From IMG/VR virus record IMGVR_UViG_3300032103_000103, positions 1 to 35,939 of that record: a DNA stretch of 35,939 nucleotides. One strand, written 5' to 3'. Origin of the DNA: a virus (lineage: Duplodnaviria; Caudoviricetes). The position numbers and the translations under genes are program-made. The notes under the pieces were generated by a model. That model was not told the origin of the DNA, made no database searches, and worked only from the letters and a program-made list of their open reading frames with translations. Shown piece by piece: positions 1 to 8,703 of this stretch (the first letter of the stretch is position 1; the number at the start of each line of letters is the position of its first letter).

Positions 1-1075
1 CTGTTAAGCCAGTAGTACCGCCAGATAATGCAACTGATGTTACTGTGCCGCTGCCGGTTGCTGTGCGGAATGAGGCGGCATCTAAGGCGGAAACAGAATT
101 ATCTGCGTTAATTTGAATAAATCGAATAGCAGACGGGTTAGCTAGACCAAATAAGTTAGCACCAACTGTAGTAGCACCTAAGTTAGTCCTGGCCGCTGCC
201 GCAGTAGTTGCGCCAGTGCCACCGTTTGCCAACGAGATCGTTGTACCATTCCACACACCAGTAGTAATTGTCCCAACTGACGTTAAAGAAGACGACGTTA
301 CTGTGGATCCCAGTGTAGTTGCAGATAGAACCCCAACGTTGTTAATCTTGTAAACCCTACTAGTTTCTAAGTTCCAATGTTCACTTGATGTGAAGTTAGC
401 ATTCGCCTGATCCCATACAATAGTCTTGTCGGTTGTGCCTTTGATAGTAATACCAGCGCTATCCGCTGTTGTATCAGTTGGTGAACTAACATTAGCTAAA
501 ACGATGTTCCTGTCTTGAACTTCCAATGTTGTTGAATTAATTGTTGTTGTGGTGCCGTTAACAGTTAAGTTACCACCAATTACCATATTGCTCACTGTAG
601 TCACAGCGTTGATATTCATGACACCAGTTGACGGGTTGTAGCTATAAGGTGTTGTAATTGGATCGGCTAATAATGAAACTGCCGATCCAACTGATGTTAC
701 AAACACTGGATAGGCAACGGCATTATCATTATTAGAAGCAACTGCAACAGTAGTAGCAGCAGCCGGAAACCCCCACGTCGGGACCGACGAGCCGTTTGAC
801 GTTAATACTTGACCAACTGTACCGGCTGCGGTTGATTGAATGTTAGAGGCAGATGTTGCACACAAAACGCCACCAGCAACAACAGTACCAATGTCTTTAC
901 CATCAACCCGATCTGCGTTTAAATCTGAAACAACAGTAGAAGACGCTACAACAAAAGGAGAGGTTCCAGTGGTAACCGTCGACGTAATCCGATGGTTGAT
1001 AGTAATAGGAGTGTCGAAAATCGAAGTTCCAACACCAGACACTGTAATAGGATTCTTAATCTTTAGGTTAGCCAC
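1..1075 (-). CDS. Tail-fibre-like protein (runs off the window edge; absent from the ORF track); paralog of 1193..3148
   Basis: GTG at 1075 preceded by AAGGA. Reads MANLKIKNPITVSGVGTSIFDTP...GGNLTVNGTTTTINSTTLEVQDRNIVLANV...LANGGTGATTAAAARTNLG. Gly/Thr/Ala-rich with fibre-type GGTGATTA motifs. Late-promoter octamer upstream. Confidence 0.85.
   Translation of the reverse strand, partial: MANLKIKNPITVSGVGTSIFDTPITINHRITSTVTTGTSPFVVASSTVVSDLNADRVDGKDIGTVVAGGVLCATSASNIQSTAAGTVGQVLTSNGSSVPTWGFPAAATTVAVASNNDNAVAYPVFVTSVGSAVSLLADPITTPYSYNPSTGVMNINAVTTVSNMVIGGNLTVNGTTTTINSTTLEVQDRNIVLANVSSPTDTTADSAGITIKGTTDKTIVWDQANANFTSSEHWNLETSRVYKINNVGVLSATTLGSTVTSSSLTSVGTITTGVWNGTTISLANGGTGATTAAAARTNLGATTVGANLFGLANPSAIRFIQINADNSVSALDAASFRTATGSGTVTSVALSGGTTGLT
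246..825. repeat. Colinear paralogous segment, copy of 1956..2535 (offset 1710)
   Basis: Matching blocks at a constant offset at 246/1956, 312/2022, 571/2281 and 791/2501. Highest identity is 312-579 vs 2022-2289. Confidence 0.9.
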
Positions 1076-1101
1076 TGTATTCCTTTCGAGCCAGTTAGCA
1101 C

Positions 1102-1109
1102 TATTTATC
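1102..1109 (-). promoter_or_regulatory. Late promoter GATAAATA
   Basis: Variant of T4 late promoter TATAAATA, between a terminator and the start codon at 1075. Confidence 0.8.
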
Positions 1110-1133
1110 GCCGTCTGCTGGCGGGTGTAACCG

Positions 1134-1161
1134 AAACAAAAACGCCACCCGAAGGTGGCGT
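1134..1161 (-). terminator. Rho-independent terminator with cUUCGg tetraloop
   Basis: Minus strand reads ACGCCACC-TTCG-GGTGGCGT then TTTTGTTT, downstream of the stop at 1193. UUCG loops are typical of T4-type terminators. Confidence 0.9.
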
Positions 1162-1192
1162 AATTGTTACGTGTTGCAGGTTAAATCATTGC

Positions 1193-3148
1193 TTATCCAG
1201 CAATTGCGCTAACCTTAACTTTCCACACTGTGTTAGCAAGGGCTTGGTTAACGTTTAGAACAACGTTGGCCCCTGATCGTGTAACACTGAATGCGTTAGC
1301 TAGTTGAGCACCCATCTCGATTAGACCGTATTCAACCCAATTAACAGTCGTGCCGTCATGGATTGCAATGATCTTAACAATGGTGCGGTTAGCAGCAGAT
1401 GCACCAATTCCTTGAACCATGAACTCAACCGAAGCGTATGTCGAACCGTTAACTGTAGCCAATGGGATGCTTGAACCGACAGTTGCACTTGGTGTTGAAA
1501 CAGCTACTTCTTCTAGACTCTGGCCGCCTGCGCTAACGATTTGGCCACTAACTTGTAGGTTGCCAGTAACGATGGCGCTGCCTGCGCTAAGGCTACCGGT
1601 TAATGCTAACGAGGTACCAGTAGCTGCACCAATGTTTGGTGTGACTAGCGTTGGGCTAGTGGCAAACACTAGCGAACCAGAACCAGTTTCGTCTGTAATA
1701 ACGCCAGCTAGTTGAGCAGATGAAGTTGCGGCGAACTGGGCAAGGGTGCCACCAGTGTACGCAACTGTACCGCCTGCGCCAAACGCAACCGAAGATGCGT
1801 CAGTGCCAGTAAATGTTAGTGTGTTACCAACTGTGAGTGTCTTGGAAGAAACACCGCCAGCAACACTAAAGCCAGTTGCAAGAGCAGTTAGAGTTAGACC
1901 GTTGTATGTCTTGCCGGTCAGTGCCGAGTCGATGTAAGCATTGCCAATAACTGTGCCATTCCACACACCAGAAGTAATTGTGCCAACGCCAGTCAACGAA
2001 GAGTTAACAACGTTTGCACCTAGTGTAGTTGCAGATAGAACCTCAACGTTGTTGATCTTGTAAACCTTACCAGTTGCTAAGTTCCAGTGTTCACTTGATG
2101 TGAAGTTAGTATTAGTCTGATCCCATACGATGGTCTTGTCGGTTGTACCTTTGATAGTAATACCAGAACCATCTGCTGTAATGTTAGTTGGTGAACCAAC
2201 GTTAGCGAGAACGATGTTCCTGTCTTGAACTTCTAATGTTGTTGAGTTAATTGTCGTTGTGGTGCCGTTAACAGTTAAGTTACCACCAACCACTAAGTTC
2301 GAAACTGTAGTAATTGCCTCAATCGACATTGCACCAGTTTCTGGGTTGTAACTAAATGGTGTAACTGTTTCGTCTGCATATAGTGTTACACCTGTACCTG
2401 CGGCAGTAACCAAAACAGGATATAGCGCTGCGTTTACGTTAGTCGACGAAACACCAACCGAAGTAGCAGCAGCAGGTGCAGCCCAGGTTGGGGCGCCGGC
2501 GCCGTTTGACGTTAAAACTTGACCAGCCGTGCCAACTGCTGTGAAACCAGTAACGCCAGCAGCCGATTGAAACAGGACAACACCGGCCGTACCGCCTGCA
2601 ACAGCAGTAGCTAAAGCAGCAGTCCCGTCAATACTAACGCCAGTTAGTGTTTGTGCGCCAGAAGAACGGTTTAAAGCATTTTGAGTAGTGCCAATGAAAT
2701 ATTGATGTGCACTAGTAACCAGATTACCGCTTACTGCTGGTAACGCAAAAGTAGAACCGTCGGTACCAGTTAGTGTGATGCTATTCCCAACAGAAAGAGT
2801 CTTGCCGTTTGCAATGGTTAGTGTACCGCCAGTTGTTGGGGTAACAATTAAACCGTTAACCGAAGTAGCAGTAGCAGCACCAATGTTTGGTGTAACTAAG
2901 ATTGGGCTATTAGCAAATACTAGCGAACCAGAACCAGTTTCGTCTGTAATAACACTAGCCAATTGAGCAGATGTTGTTGCAGCAAACTGACCAAGGTGAT
3001 TGCCTAGCAGTGCAATAGTGCCTGTTCCGCCTGGGATTGTATGCGAGTTAAGTGTGCCTCCGGTGATTGTCAACGAACCACCAATTGTAGAAGCACCAGT
3101 GCCTAGCACGACTAGGTTCTGTTTTACTTGAAAATTGACGTTAGCCAT
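1193..3148 (-). CDS. Tail fibre / virion fibre protein, 651 aa
   Basis: T/G/A/S-rich, internal repeats (VITDETGSGSLVFA twice), GNLTVNGTTTTINSTTL motif, globular C-terminal domain. SD AAGGA; has its own late promoter and terminator. Confidence 0.8.
   Translation of the reverse strand: MANVNFQVKQNLVVLGTGASTIGGSLTITGGTLNSHTIPGGTGTIALLGNHLGQFAATTSAQLASVITDETGSGSLVFANSPILVTPNIGAATATSVNGLIVTPTTGGTLTIANGKTLSVGNSITLTGTDGSTFALPAVSGNLVTSAHQYFIGTTQNALNRSSGAQTLTGVSIDGTAALATAVAGGTAGVVLFQSAAGVTGFTAVGTAGQVLTSNGAGAPTWAAPAAATSVGVSSTNVNAALYPVLVTAAGTGVTLYADETVTPFSYNPETGAMSIEAITTVSNLVVGGNLTVNGTTTTINSTTLEVQDRNIVLANVGSPTNITADGSGITIKGTTDKTIVWDQTNTNFTSSEHWNLATGKVYKINNVEVLSATTLGANVVNSSLTGVGTITSGVWNGTVIGNAYIDSALTGKTYNGLTLTALATGFSVAGGVSSKTLTVGNTLTFTGTDASSVAFGAGGTVAYTGGTLAQFAATSSAQLAGVITDETGSGSLVFATSPTLVTPNIGAATGTSLALTGSLSAGSAIVTGNLQVSGQIVSAGGQSLEEVAVSTPSATVGSSIPLATVNGSTYASVEFMVQGIGASAANRTIVKIIAIHDGTTVNWVEYGLIEMGAQLANAFSVTRSGANVVLNVNQALANTVWKVKVSAIAG
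1620..1745. repeat. Intragenic repeat, copy of 2871..2996
   Basis: Both encode L(A/G)QFAAT(S/T)SAQLA(G/S)VITDETGSGSLVFA(T/N)SP(T/I)LVTPNIGAAT. DNA share gcaccaatgtttggtgt and actagcgaaccagaaccagtttcgtctgtaataac. Confidence 0.9.
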
Positions 3149-3198
3149 GTAAAGTTTTCCTTTCTAGAAAGATGCCCCCAGCTAAGAAGCATTGCCTA

Positions 3199-3206
3199 TA
3201 TTTATC
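3199..3206 (-). promoter_or_regulatory. Late promoter GATAAATA
   Basis: Intergenic octamer 50 nt upstream of the ATG at 3148. Confidence 0.75.
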
Positions 3207-3262
3207 AAATCGAGCGTAAAGCCTCGTGCGCACACGCAGCAATTCACCAAACGGAAAGAAGG

Positions 3263-3694
3263 TCAAACTAAGACCCGATGTGCTCGAGAAACTACAGAAA
3301 TAGTAGCAGGCAAAGGTATAGTAGGAATGAGGGTCAAAAATGCACTAACCCCAGGAATGAACCCGAAATCAGCAATGTCTCCAATTGTAGATTCTGATAC
3401 AATGCCACTGCTATTAACAGTAATGCTAGTAAACTGTTCCATAGCACCCGATGTTATATACAGCCGATAGTCTATCATTGAAACTTCTCCTGTATTAAAA
3501 GTAGAAACAACAATTAAACCAGACGCGCCAGGGTGTGTGATTTTTGTTTCTACTATTTCGCTATGCGGGTTTAAGTTTGATACTTTGTCGCCGAGAAATT
3601 CGAAATTATTATTGCATTTATTAAATGCAACACGAATAGGGTCACCCGTTCCGTCGTTTGGTGTGTTACCTATATTGATAATCTCTATAGTCAT
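3263..3694 (-). CDS. Small virion protein with T4 gp9/gp10-like N-terminal motif, 143 aa
   Basis: N-terminus INIGNTPNDGTGDPIRVAFNKCNNNFEFL resembles the T4 gp10/gp9 N-terminal attachment motif. Confidence 0.7.
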   Translation of the reverse strand: MTIEIINIGNTPNDGTGDPIRVAFNKCNNNFEFLGDKVSNLNPHSEIVETKITHPGASGLIVVSTFNTGEVSMIDYRLYITSGAMEQFTSITVNSSGIVSESTIGDIADFGFIPGVSAFLTLIPTIPLPATISVVSRAHRVLV

Positions 3695-3705
3695 TTATAG
3701 TTCCC

Positions 3706-4830
3706 TCACATACGGGTTGCATGCATTTTAACAGCAAATCCCTCTAACACAGTGGTAGTAAACAACAACTGAACATTGCCGGAAGCCAAAGTTGCAGAAA
3801 AGTTCCCTAAAATAGGACCAGACCGCATAATTGCATATTCGTTAACCTGCAATGTGGCACCATCATAAAACACGATAACCTTTGAAGACTGACGGCCCGT
3901 TGCTGAAGTTATCCTAATTAAGTATTCTGTCGTGTCGAATGTAGAAATGGGAAACGTGTTGATAGTCACTGGGTCCATCGATGCAGTGTACGAAACAGTT
4001 GAAACTACAGTCGAGCCCGAAGTGCCGCCATGAGAAGAAATAATTTGATCGATTTCAGCCCTAGTATAAAGTTGCGATCTAGTGTATGTGGTGATCTTGT
4101 CTGCTTTTAAATTCAGCGCATCTGATACGGCAGCAGAAAGCGCAACGAGGTCAGAATCTAAAGCGCAGGCTTCGATCATTGGATCGATTTCGGCCTTAGT
4201 ATAAACATCAACAGCGTTTGCCTTTGTGTTTAATTGGGTGTTAATGGTATCGACATTCGAACTCAACAACAAACTATCTGCTTTTGACAACAACAATGTG
4301 TTAATCTGAGAAATCGTGTATGTTGTTGCTTTATCGGCTTTTAGGTTTAATGCATCGGTTGTTTGCGCAGCCAATGCAGTTAACGCACTATTAGAAACTA
4401 GCCCACTAGTAGTGGATATAATTTGAGAATCAACATATGATGTAGACGCGGCATTAGCAACATCTGCCACGTTTAAAGTAACCACGCCGGTTTTGCCAGC
4501 AACTGAAGTAACAGGGAACGTTACAGAAATTATCCCGACACTATCAACTGAAATGTTACCGCCAACAATAACGCCGCCGCGCGTACTCGTGGTAGCGATA
4601 GCCAATGGCGTAATTAGGCCGTCAACATATTGTTTATTAACTAGAGAGTTCGCACTTAAAGAACCACCAGTGTAGGTGGTAGGGCCGGAGATTTCGCCGC
4701 CGGCTATTTTGTCTAATGAATTAGTATAAAGCTCAGTGAAGTTATTGTTTACTTTTGTAAACGCAACATGCGGTTCATCGCCGTCGCCGGCGCCAGGCAC
4801 TGAGTCGATATTAATTATTTGTTGGGCCAT
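3706..4830 (-). CDS. Fibre-like protein with gp9/gp10-like N-terminus and KAD(K)xxTYT coiled repeats, 374 aa
   Basis: INIDSVPGAGDGDEPHVAFTKVNNNFTELY, VTSVAGKTGVVTL fibre motif, repeats LNLKADKATTYT / LNTKANAVDVYTK / LNLKADKITTYT. Confidence 0.75.
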   Translation of the reverse strand: MAQQIINIDSVPGAGDGDEPHVAFTKVNNNFTELYTNSLDKIAGGEISGPTTYTGGSLSANSLVNKQYVDGLITPLAIATTSTRGGVIVGGNISVDSVGIISVTFPVTSVAGKTGVVTLNVADVANAASTSYVDSQIISTTSGLVSNSALTALAAQTTDALNLKADKATTYTISQINTLLLSKADSLLLSSNVDTINTQLNTKANAVDVYTKAEIDPMIEACALDSDLVALSAAVSDALNLKADKITTYTRSQLYTRAEIDQIISSHGGTSGSTVVSTVSYTASMDPVTINTFPISTFDTTEYLIRITSATGRQSSKVIVFYDGATLQVNEYAIMRSGPILGNFSATLASGNVQLLFTTTVLEGFAVKMHATRM

Positions 4831-4859
4831 AAAGAATCTCTCCGCGAGTTAATTCTAAC

Positions 4860-4867
4860 TATTTAGC
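4860..4867 (-). promoter_or_regulatory. Late promoter GCTAAATA
   Basis: Intergenic octamer 29 nt upstream of ATG 4830, just downstream of a hairpin terminator. SD GGAG follows. Confidence 0.7.
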
Positions 4868-4896
4868 AGGAGGCCCAAAATGTATCACGCGGTCAT

Positions 4897-4923
4897 AAAA
4901 ATAGACAATTGGTACCAATTGTC
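4897..4923 (-). terminator. Perfect 20-bp palindrome GACAATTGGTACCAATTGTC followed by TATTTTT; probable terminator
   Basis: Palindrome at 4904-4923 with a T-rich tail on the minus strand, downstream of the stop at 4959. Confidence 0.7.
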
Positions 4924-4958
4924 CGTTTAGATTAGATGATAGTTAATCGCCTGCGTAT

Positions 4959-5363
4959 TTACATTTCTCGTTTTTTCAAAGAAGACTTAGCCATCTTCTT
5001 TACGATTTCTTCAGAATCAGTTGGATCAGCATCAACTGTTTTTTCACTAGAATCTAAACTTTTTTCGTCTACATTTAAAACAACAGTGCTCTTATTGTAA
5101 TTCTTTACTAGTTTTGCAATGGTGGGATGATTCTGTGCAGAAACAAACGTGTGATAATCAAAATTGGCGTAACCAGCATTCTTTACCATGTTAATGATCG
5201 AATCGGTATTAATAACATTGTTGCCTGTTTCGTCGTATTCCTGTCGAAGCATCATTAAAACATTCGACAAAGTAGCATACATTCGATCAAACAGGCTCAC
5301 ACCCACTGTCTCTTTTTTAGGTGTAACTAGATACTCTTCGCCTACGATTTCACGCCAGCGCAT
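4959..5363 (-). CDS. Hypothetical late protein, 134 aa (possible head-associated protein)
   Basis: Follows 5379..6086 closely. N-terminus MRWREIVGEE resembles T4 capsid-targeting leaders. Confidence 0.65.
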   Translation of the reverse strand: MRWREIVGEEYLVTPKKETVGVSLFDRMYATLSNVLMMLRQEYDETGNNVINTDSIINMVKNAGYANFDYHTFVSAQNHPTIAKLVKNYNKSTVVLNVDEKSLDSSEKTVDADPTDSEEIVKKMAKSSLKKREM

Positions 5364-5378
5364 TGGTTATCCGATCAA

Positions 5379-6086
5379 TTAACGACGCTCACGGCCGCCA
5401 GCTGGCATACCTGATTTAATATCATCAGCAGGTGGTTCACCCAAATCATCAAAGTCTTCTTCGCCAGCATCTGCCGTTGCATCAACCTTAGAGTCAACAT
5501 CGTCGTCAAGATTTGGCTCAATGTCAATTTGTCCAGTTTCTTCGCCAGACAGAACTAAAACTGCCCTGTCAGACGAATCACGAGCGCCAGCAAGTTGCTC
5601 GACTACTTGTTTTAGGATTTCACCAACTGAACTAACAAATGTTTCTGCTTCGTTAGCACCAACACGATCACGAATAGTGTCTTTTAGTGCAGGAAGACGC
5701 TCATTTTGTAAGCGGGAAACTTTTTCAACCATGTCTTGTAGTTCATCTACAACCTCGCGGGCCGCTAGAAACACTTCTGCGTGGCCGATTTCTGATTCAG
5801 TAATTAACGAACCACCACGACTGACGCTAGCTTTGTTGAGCAACATAGAAAGCCCTTCTTTTATCATGAGTAATTCCATGTACCGAGGATTCTTTTCTGA
5901 TTTGTGGAACTTTGGTGATTTGCGAATCTTTTCAATTGACTCGTTTACCATCTTCAGAACCTTGTTGGCTTTTTCTCGAGACATTTTATCGAATTCGATA
6001 TTAAGACCGAATCGCGACTCCATGATCTTGTTGATCTTCTTTTTACGAGCAGTGGCACTCATGTTTATAAATTCGTTAAGTTTCAT
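5379..6086 (-). CDS. Hypothetical helical late protein with acidic C-terminus, 235 aa (possible prohead core/scaffold-like)
   Basis: SD GAGGA, late promoter, MKLNEF start, LITESE motif, coiled-coil-like middle, D/E-rich tail. Confidence 0.7.
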   Translation of the reverse strand: MKLNEFINMSATARKKKINKIMESRFGLNIEFDKMSREKANKVLKMVNESIEKIRKSPKFHKSEKNPRYMELLMIKEGLSMLLNKASVSRGGSLITESEIGHAEVFLAAREVVDELQDMVEKVSRLQNERLPALKDTIRDRVGANEAETFVSSVGEILKQVVEQLAGARDSSDRAVLVLSGEETGQIDIEPNLDDDVDSKVDATADAGEEDFDDLGEPPADDIKSGMPAGGRERR

Positions 6087-6116
6087 TTTTCAATCCTCGG
6101 AAAACACTTCTTTTAT

Positions 6117-6124
6117 TATTTACC
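6117..6124 (-). promoter_or_regulatory. Late promoter GGTAAATA
   Basis: Octamer 30 nt upstream of ATG 6086. Confidence 0.8.
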
Positions 6125-6313
6125 AAACGAGCGCAAAACCACTAAACCTTTAATTCTGTAGATGTAAGGTGACAAACATTTAATGCAAAACTTAAAGTAC
6201 AAATAATGACCAGATCACAGCAATATGTTTGTGATTCGTGTGATTCGACGCCAATAGTATCTTAGCTGATAGAGGAAACCGCGTATTCTTCAGGACACGC
6301 AGCAATTCGCCCT

Positions 6314-7081
6314 TTAACCAACAATAAACGACATTGGCATAGAGCCGTCAATATATTTTCGCAATTCTGTTTCTAGGCCTTCCATTGCTTTTTGGCCCTC
6401 TGCTTTCATAGCAGAGCCATTAAGCGTAACAGATCCTTGTGGGCCATTAATGCCGCCGAATTTTTCTCTTGCCTCACCGATTAAGAACTTTGTATTGGCA
6501 TGTGCGTAATCCATTAACCAAGTAAAAATATTCTCTTCGTTTAACAACGTAATGTCAGATTTTCGAATATTGCATAAAACACCAACATTCTCACCGTTAG
6601 CAACAATTCGACGATAAATGTAAAGTTTCTTTGTTGAACGATCAAACGTAAAGTTAATAAATCCGCCAAACATTTTCATGATTAGCTCTTGGTAACCAGC
6701 AAATAGTTCATATGTTAAAAGGCCGCCCACGCGACCGGCCGGTAACATGTAGGAATTTAAATACCCCGCCGAGAATGGTTCAAACTGTGTAGTGGCATTG
6801 CCAGTAATGTTAGAAACACCATGACGAAACACCTGGCGAACTTCCATTACTTCTTCCGGGAGAATGTACTCGGATTGTTCTCTCACTAAGGACACGAACA
6901 CTACTGCATCGCGAGTAGAACCAGCCGACATTTGACGATAACGAAGCAGCGATAGGTTGATCGCCATATCGATGTGCTTAAAGTCGGCCTCGGTGTCAAT
7001 AATACCTTCACCCAAACGCAAGCGAATGTAATTTGCAATCTCGTCTTTAGCTTCTTCTAATGATTTAAATGGATGTGGCAT
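6314..7081 (-). CDS. gp13: Neck protein, T4 gp13-like (start revised from GTG 7096 to ATG 7081)
   Basis: IRLRLGEGIIDTE...IDMAI N-terminus and WLMDYAHA...IGEAREKFGGINGPQGSVTLNGSAMKAEG...LETEL C-terminus match the gp13 pattern. The GTG extension overlaps the promoter octamer. Confidence 0.85.
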   Translation of the reverse strand: MPHPFKSLEEAKDEIANYIRLRLGEGIIDTEADFKHIDMAINLSLLRYRQMSAGSTRDAVVFVSLVREQSEYILPEEVMEVRQVFRHGVSNITGNATTQFEPFSAGYLNSYMLPAGRVGGLLTYELFAGYQELIMKMFGGFINFTFDRSTKKLYIYRRIVANGENVGVLCNIRKSDITLLNEENIFTWLMDYAHANTKFLIGEAREKFGGINGPQGSVTLNGSAMKAEGQKAMEGLETELRKYIDGSMPMSFIVG

Positions 7082-7086
7082 GCATC

Positions 7087-7094
7087 TATTTATC
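7087..7094 (-). promoter_or_regulatory. Late promoter GATAAATA, 5 nt from the ATG (leaderless)
   Basis: Minus strand GATAAATA-GATGC-ATG. Confidence 0.75.
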
Positions 7095-7100
7095 ACATAA

Positions 7101-8339
7101 TCAGGCCACTTTCAATAGCAGCACCTCTCCGGAGATTCGACCAGACAGCCTAGTCTCAACTGCTTTAATGTCTTTCAAGAACTTACGGGCTTGTGTTTTA
7201 GTTGTTTTCATAAAGTCACGAAGTTGCTCAGCTGGCTTCCTAAGTGTTTTACACGCAGACTTAACTTCGTCGAACCCAACAATTGAAGCTCCTTTTACAC
7301 CAAGAGCCCCGATGTGTGCATCAGCAACATACACTCCCAACTTACGACGCTTAGTATCGTAGACGTAGAGCTCAGTAGCACCTAGAATATCAACGGGATT
7401 AATACTAACCAGTTTCAGTTGATCGTCTTTGCCGAGAAACTTCAGTTTCGCAACTTGCTTTTCTTTGTTCGGTGCTTTTGGTGCCCGGGCTTTTCGTTGA
7501 GTTTTCTTTGCCTGAGAAAACATTTCGGCATCGTTAATAAATGCCTGAAATTTTTCAATCAGTTCTTTGCGTTCCTTCTTGCTCAAAAAATCATATGCTT
7601 CCTTTAAATCAGCATCAGTTTCAGCACCAGATAGTTCAGCAATGTGTTTCTGCAACAATTCGACAATTTTAGGTGTCGACGCAGCACTTACGCCGTTCTT
7701 TGTAAGGTAGTCAAAAAGTTTGAATTTTGATGTCTTTTTCGTGTAAAACTGGTCAATTTCGCCTTCGATTTCGCCTAAAACGGCTGCTAATTTTTCGGCA
7801 ATGCGATCTTGGATAGTAGGCCTGTATCCTTCCTTTTTCGCAGCGGGATTGGTAGGGCCAACATTACTCAAATCAAACCCAAACTCTTTAACAATCTCTT
7901 CGATCTTATTAAATACATAGTCTGCGTGTTTTTCTTTAAGCGGCATACCAACTGTATGTGCTCTAACGATAGAACACAGTGTAATTGGCGTTAGGCCATC
8001 GGGGCTTGCCTTATATGCAGCAAGAACGTCGGGCGGTGTCTTCGTTGAATTTTCGAGCCAACTTACAACTATCTTCTTTAAATCTTTCGACGAATAAAAA
8101 TAGTTGTAATAGTTAAGACTACTTCTTAGGTGGTGGTCAAACTCATCATCTAACATCAGCATAGCTCGCGCAGTGTCCCACACTGGCTCAGAGCCTAAGT
8201 GTTTTTCGTCGCCTGGATTAGACGGACGGGGAATAGCGATTTTCTTTGGTGCAGAGTGCACATGTGGAATTGTCCCTTCTTCGAATTTAAAAGGCAAAGG
8301 AACAGACGGTGCTACCACTTCTTTCGGTTTTGGTGTCAT
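7101..8339 (-). CDS. Hypothetical Lys-rich protein of T4-like phages, 412 aa, early-type promoter
   Basis: Long ORF. C-terminal LVSINPVDILGA...LYVYDTKRRKLG...LGVKG...KTLRKP pattern is recalled from T4-like phage hypotheticals. Function unknown. Confidence 0.75.
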   Translation of the reverse strand: MTPKPKEVVAPSVPLPFKFEEGTIPHVHSAPKKIAIPRPSNPGDEKHLGSEPVWDTARAMLMLDDEFDHHLRSSLNYYNYFYSSKDLKKIVVSWLENSTKTPPDVLAAYKASPDGLTPITLCSIVRAHTVGMPLKEKHADYVFNKIEEIVKEFGFDLSNVGPTNPAAKKEGYRPTIQDRIAEKLAAVLGEIEGEIDQFYTKKTSKFKLFDYLTKNGVSAASTPKIVELLQKHIAELSGAETDADLKEAYDFLSKKERKELIEKFQAFINDAEMFSQAKKTQRKARAPKAPNKEKQVAKLKFLGKDDQLKLVSINPVDILGATELYVYDTKRRKLGVYVADAHIGALGVKGASIVGFDEVKSACKTLRKPAEQLRDFMKTTKTQARKFLKDIKAVETRLSGRISGEVLLLKVA

Positions 8340-8369
8340 GCTGGGCCCTGTGTAGGTTATGATAGAAGT

Positions 8370-8398
8370 ATTGTATTGTCTGGGCCTGTAGTTGTCAA
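8370..8398 (-). promoter_or_regulatory. Sigma70-type (early) promoter TTGACA-N17-TACAAT
   Basis: -35 at 8398-8393, -10 at 8375-8370, exact 17-nt spacer, 30 nt upstream of ATG 8339. Confidence 0.85.
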
Positions 8399-8694
8399 GC
8401 GAACCCAGACTTCAGTGTGTTGATCATAATTTGCTGATCAACAGCAACAATTAAGTCATTGATTTGAATGACTAGTTTGTCGATTTTTTTCTTTTTACTG
8501 TTGTTCGGTGCTCTGCGGTGCTCAAGCTCAGATATGCTTAATTCTTTCACCAAACGGCTGATAATTGTAACGGCTTCGCTGATGTCTCGGTAGGACATTT
8601 TACCAACCATTCTAGCTTGCAAATGAGCAGAAACAACCCCCCAATCTAAGGACGACTGTAAAATTAGCAAATTGGCGTTTCTGTCTTCTGCCAT
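8395..8694 (-). CDS. Hypothetical helical protein, ~99 aa (start revised to ATG 8694)
   Basis: The ORF-track TTG at 8703 abuts the -10 box, so ATG 8694 is more plausible. Helical/coiled-coil-like sequence. Confidence 0.65.
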   Translation of the reverse strand: MAEDRNANLLILQSSLDWGVVSAHLQARMVGKMSYRDISEAVTIISRLVKELSISELEHRRAPNNSKKKKIDKLVIQINDLIVAVDQQIMINTLKSGFA

Positions 8695-8703
8695 TAAGAG
8701 CAA

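Noticed and set aside
246-2535. Repeat pair as a DGR template/variable repeat
   Set aside because: Differences include many synonymous C/T changes rather than being adenine-specific, both copies are mid-gene coding sequence, and no reverse transcriptase is in the window.
4956-4963. TGTAAATA as a late promoter for a ~50-nt RNA ending at the 4904-4923 hairpin
   Set aside because: Lacks the invariant first G, and TAA is simply the stop codon of the upstream gene.
5521-6153. 210-aa plus-strand ORF and the many other short ORFs overlapping long genes (e.g. 840..1130, 28854..29327, 32283..32552)
   Set aside because: Antisense or alternate-frame shadows of well-supported genes, with no SD, promoter or recognisable motifs.
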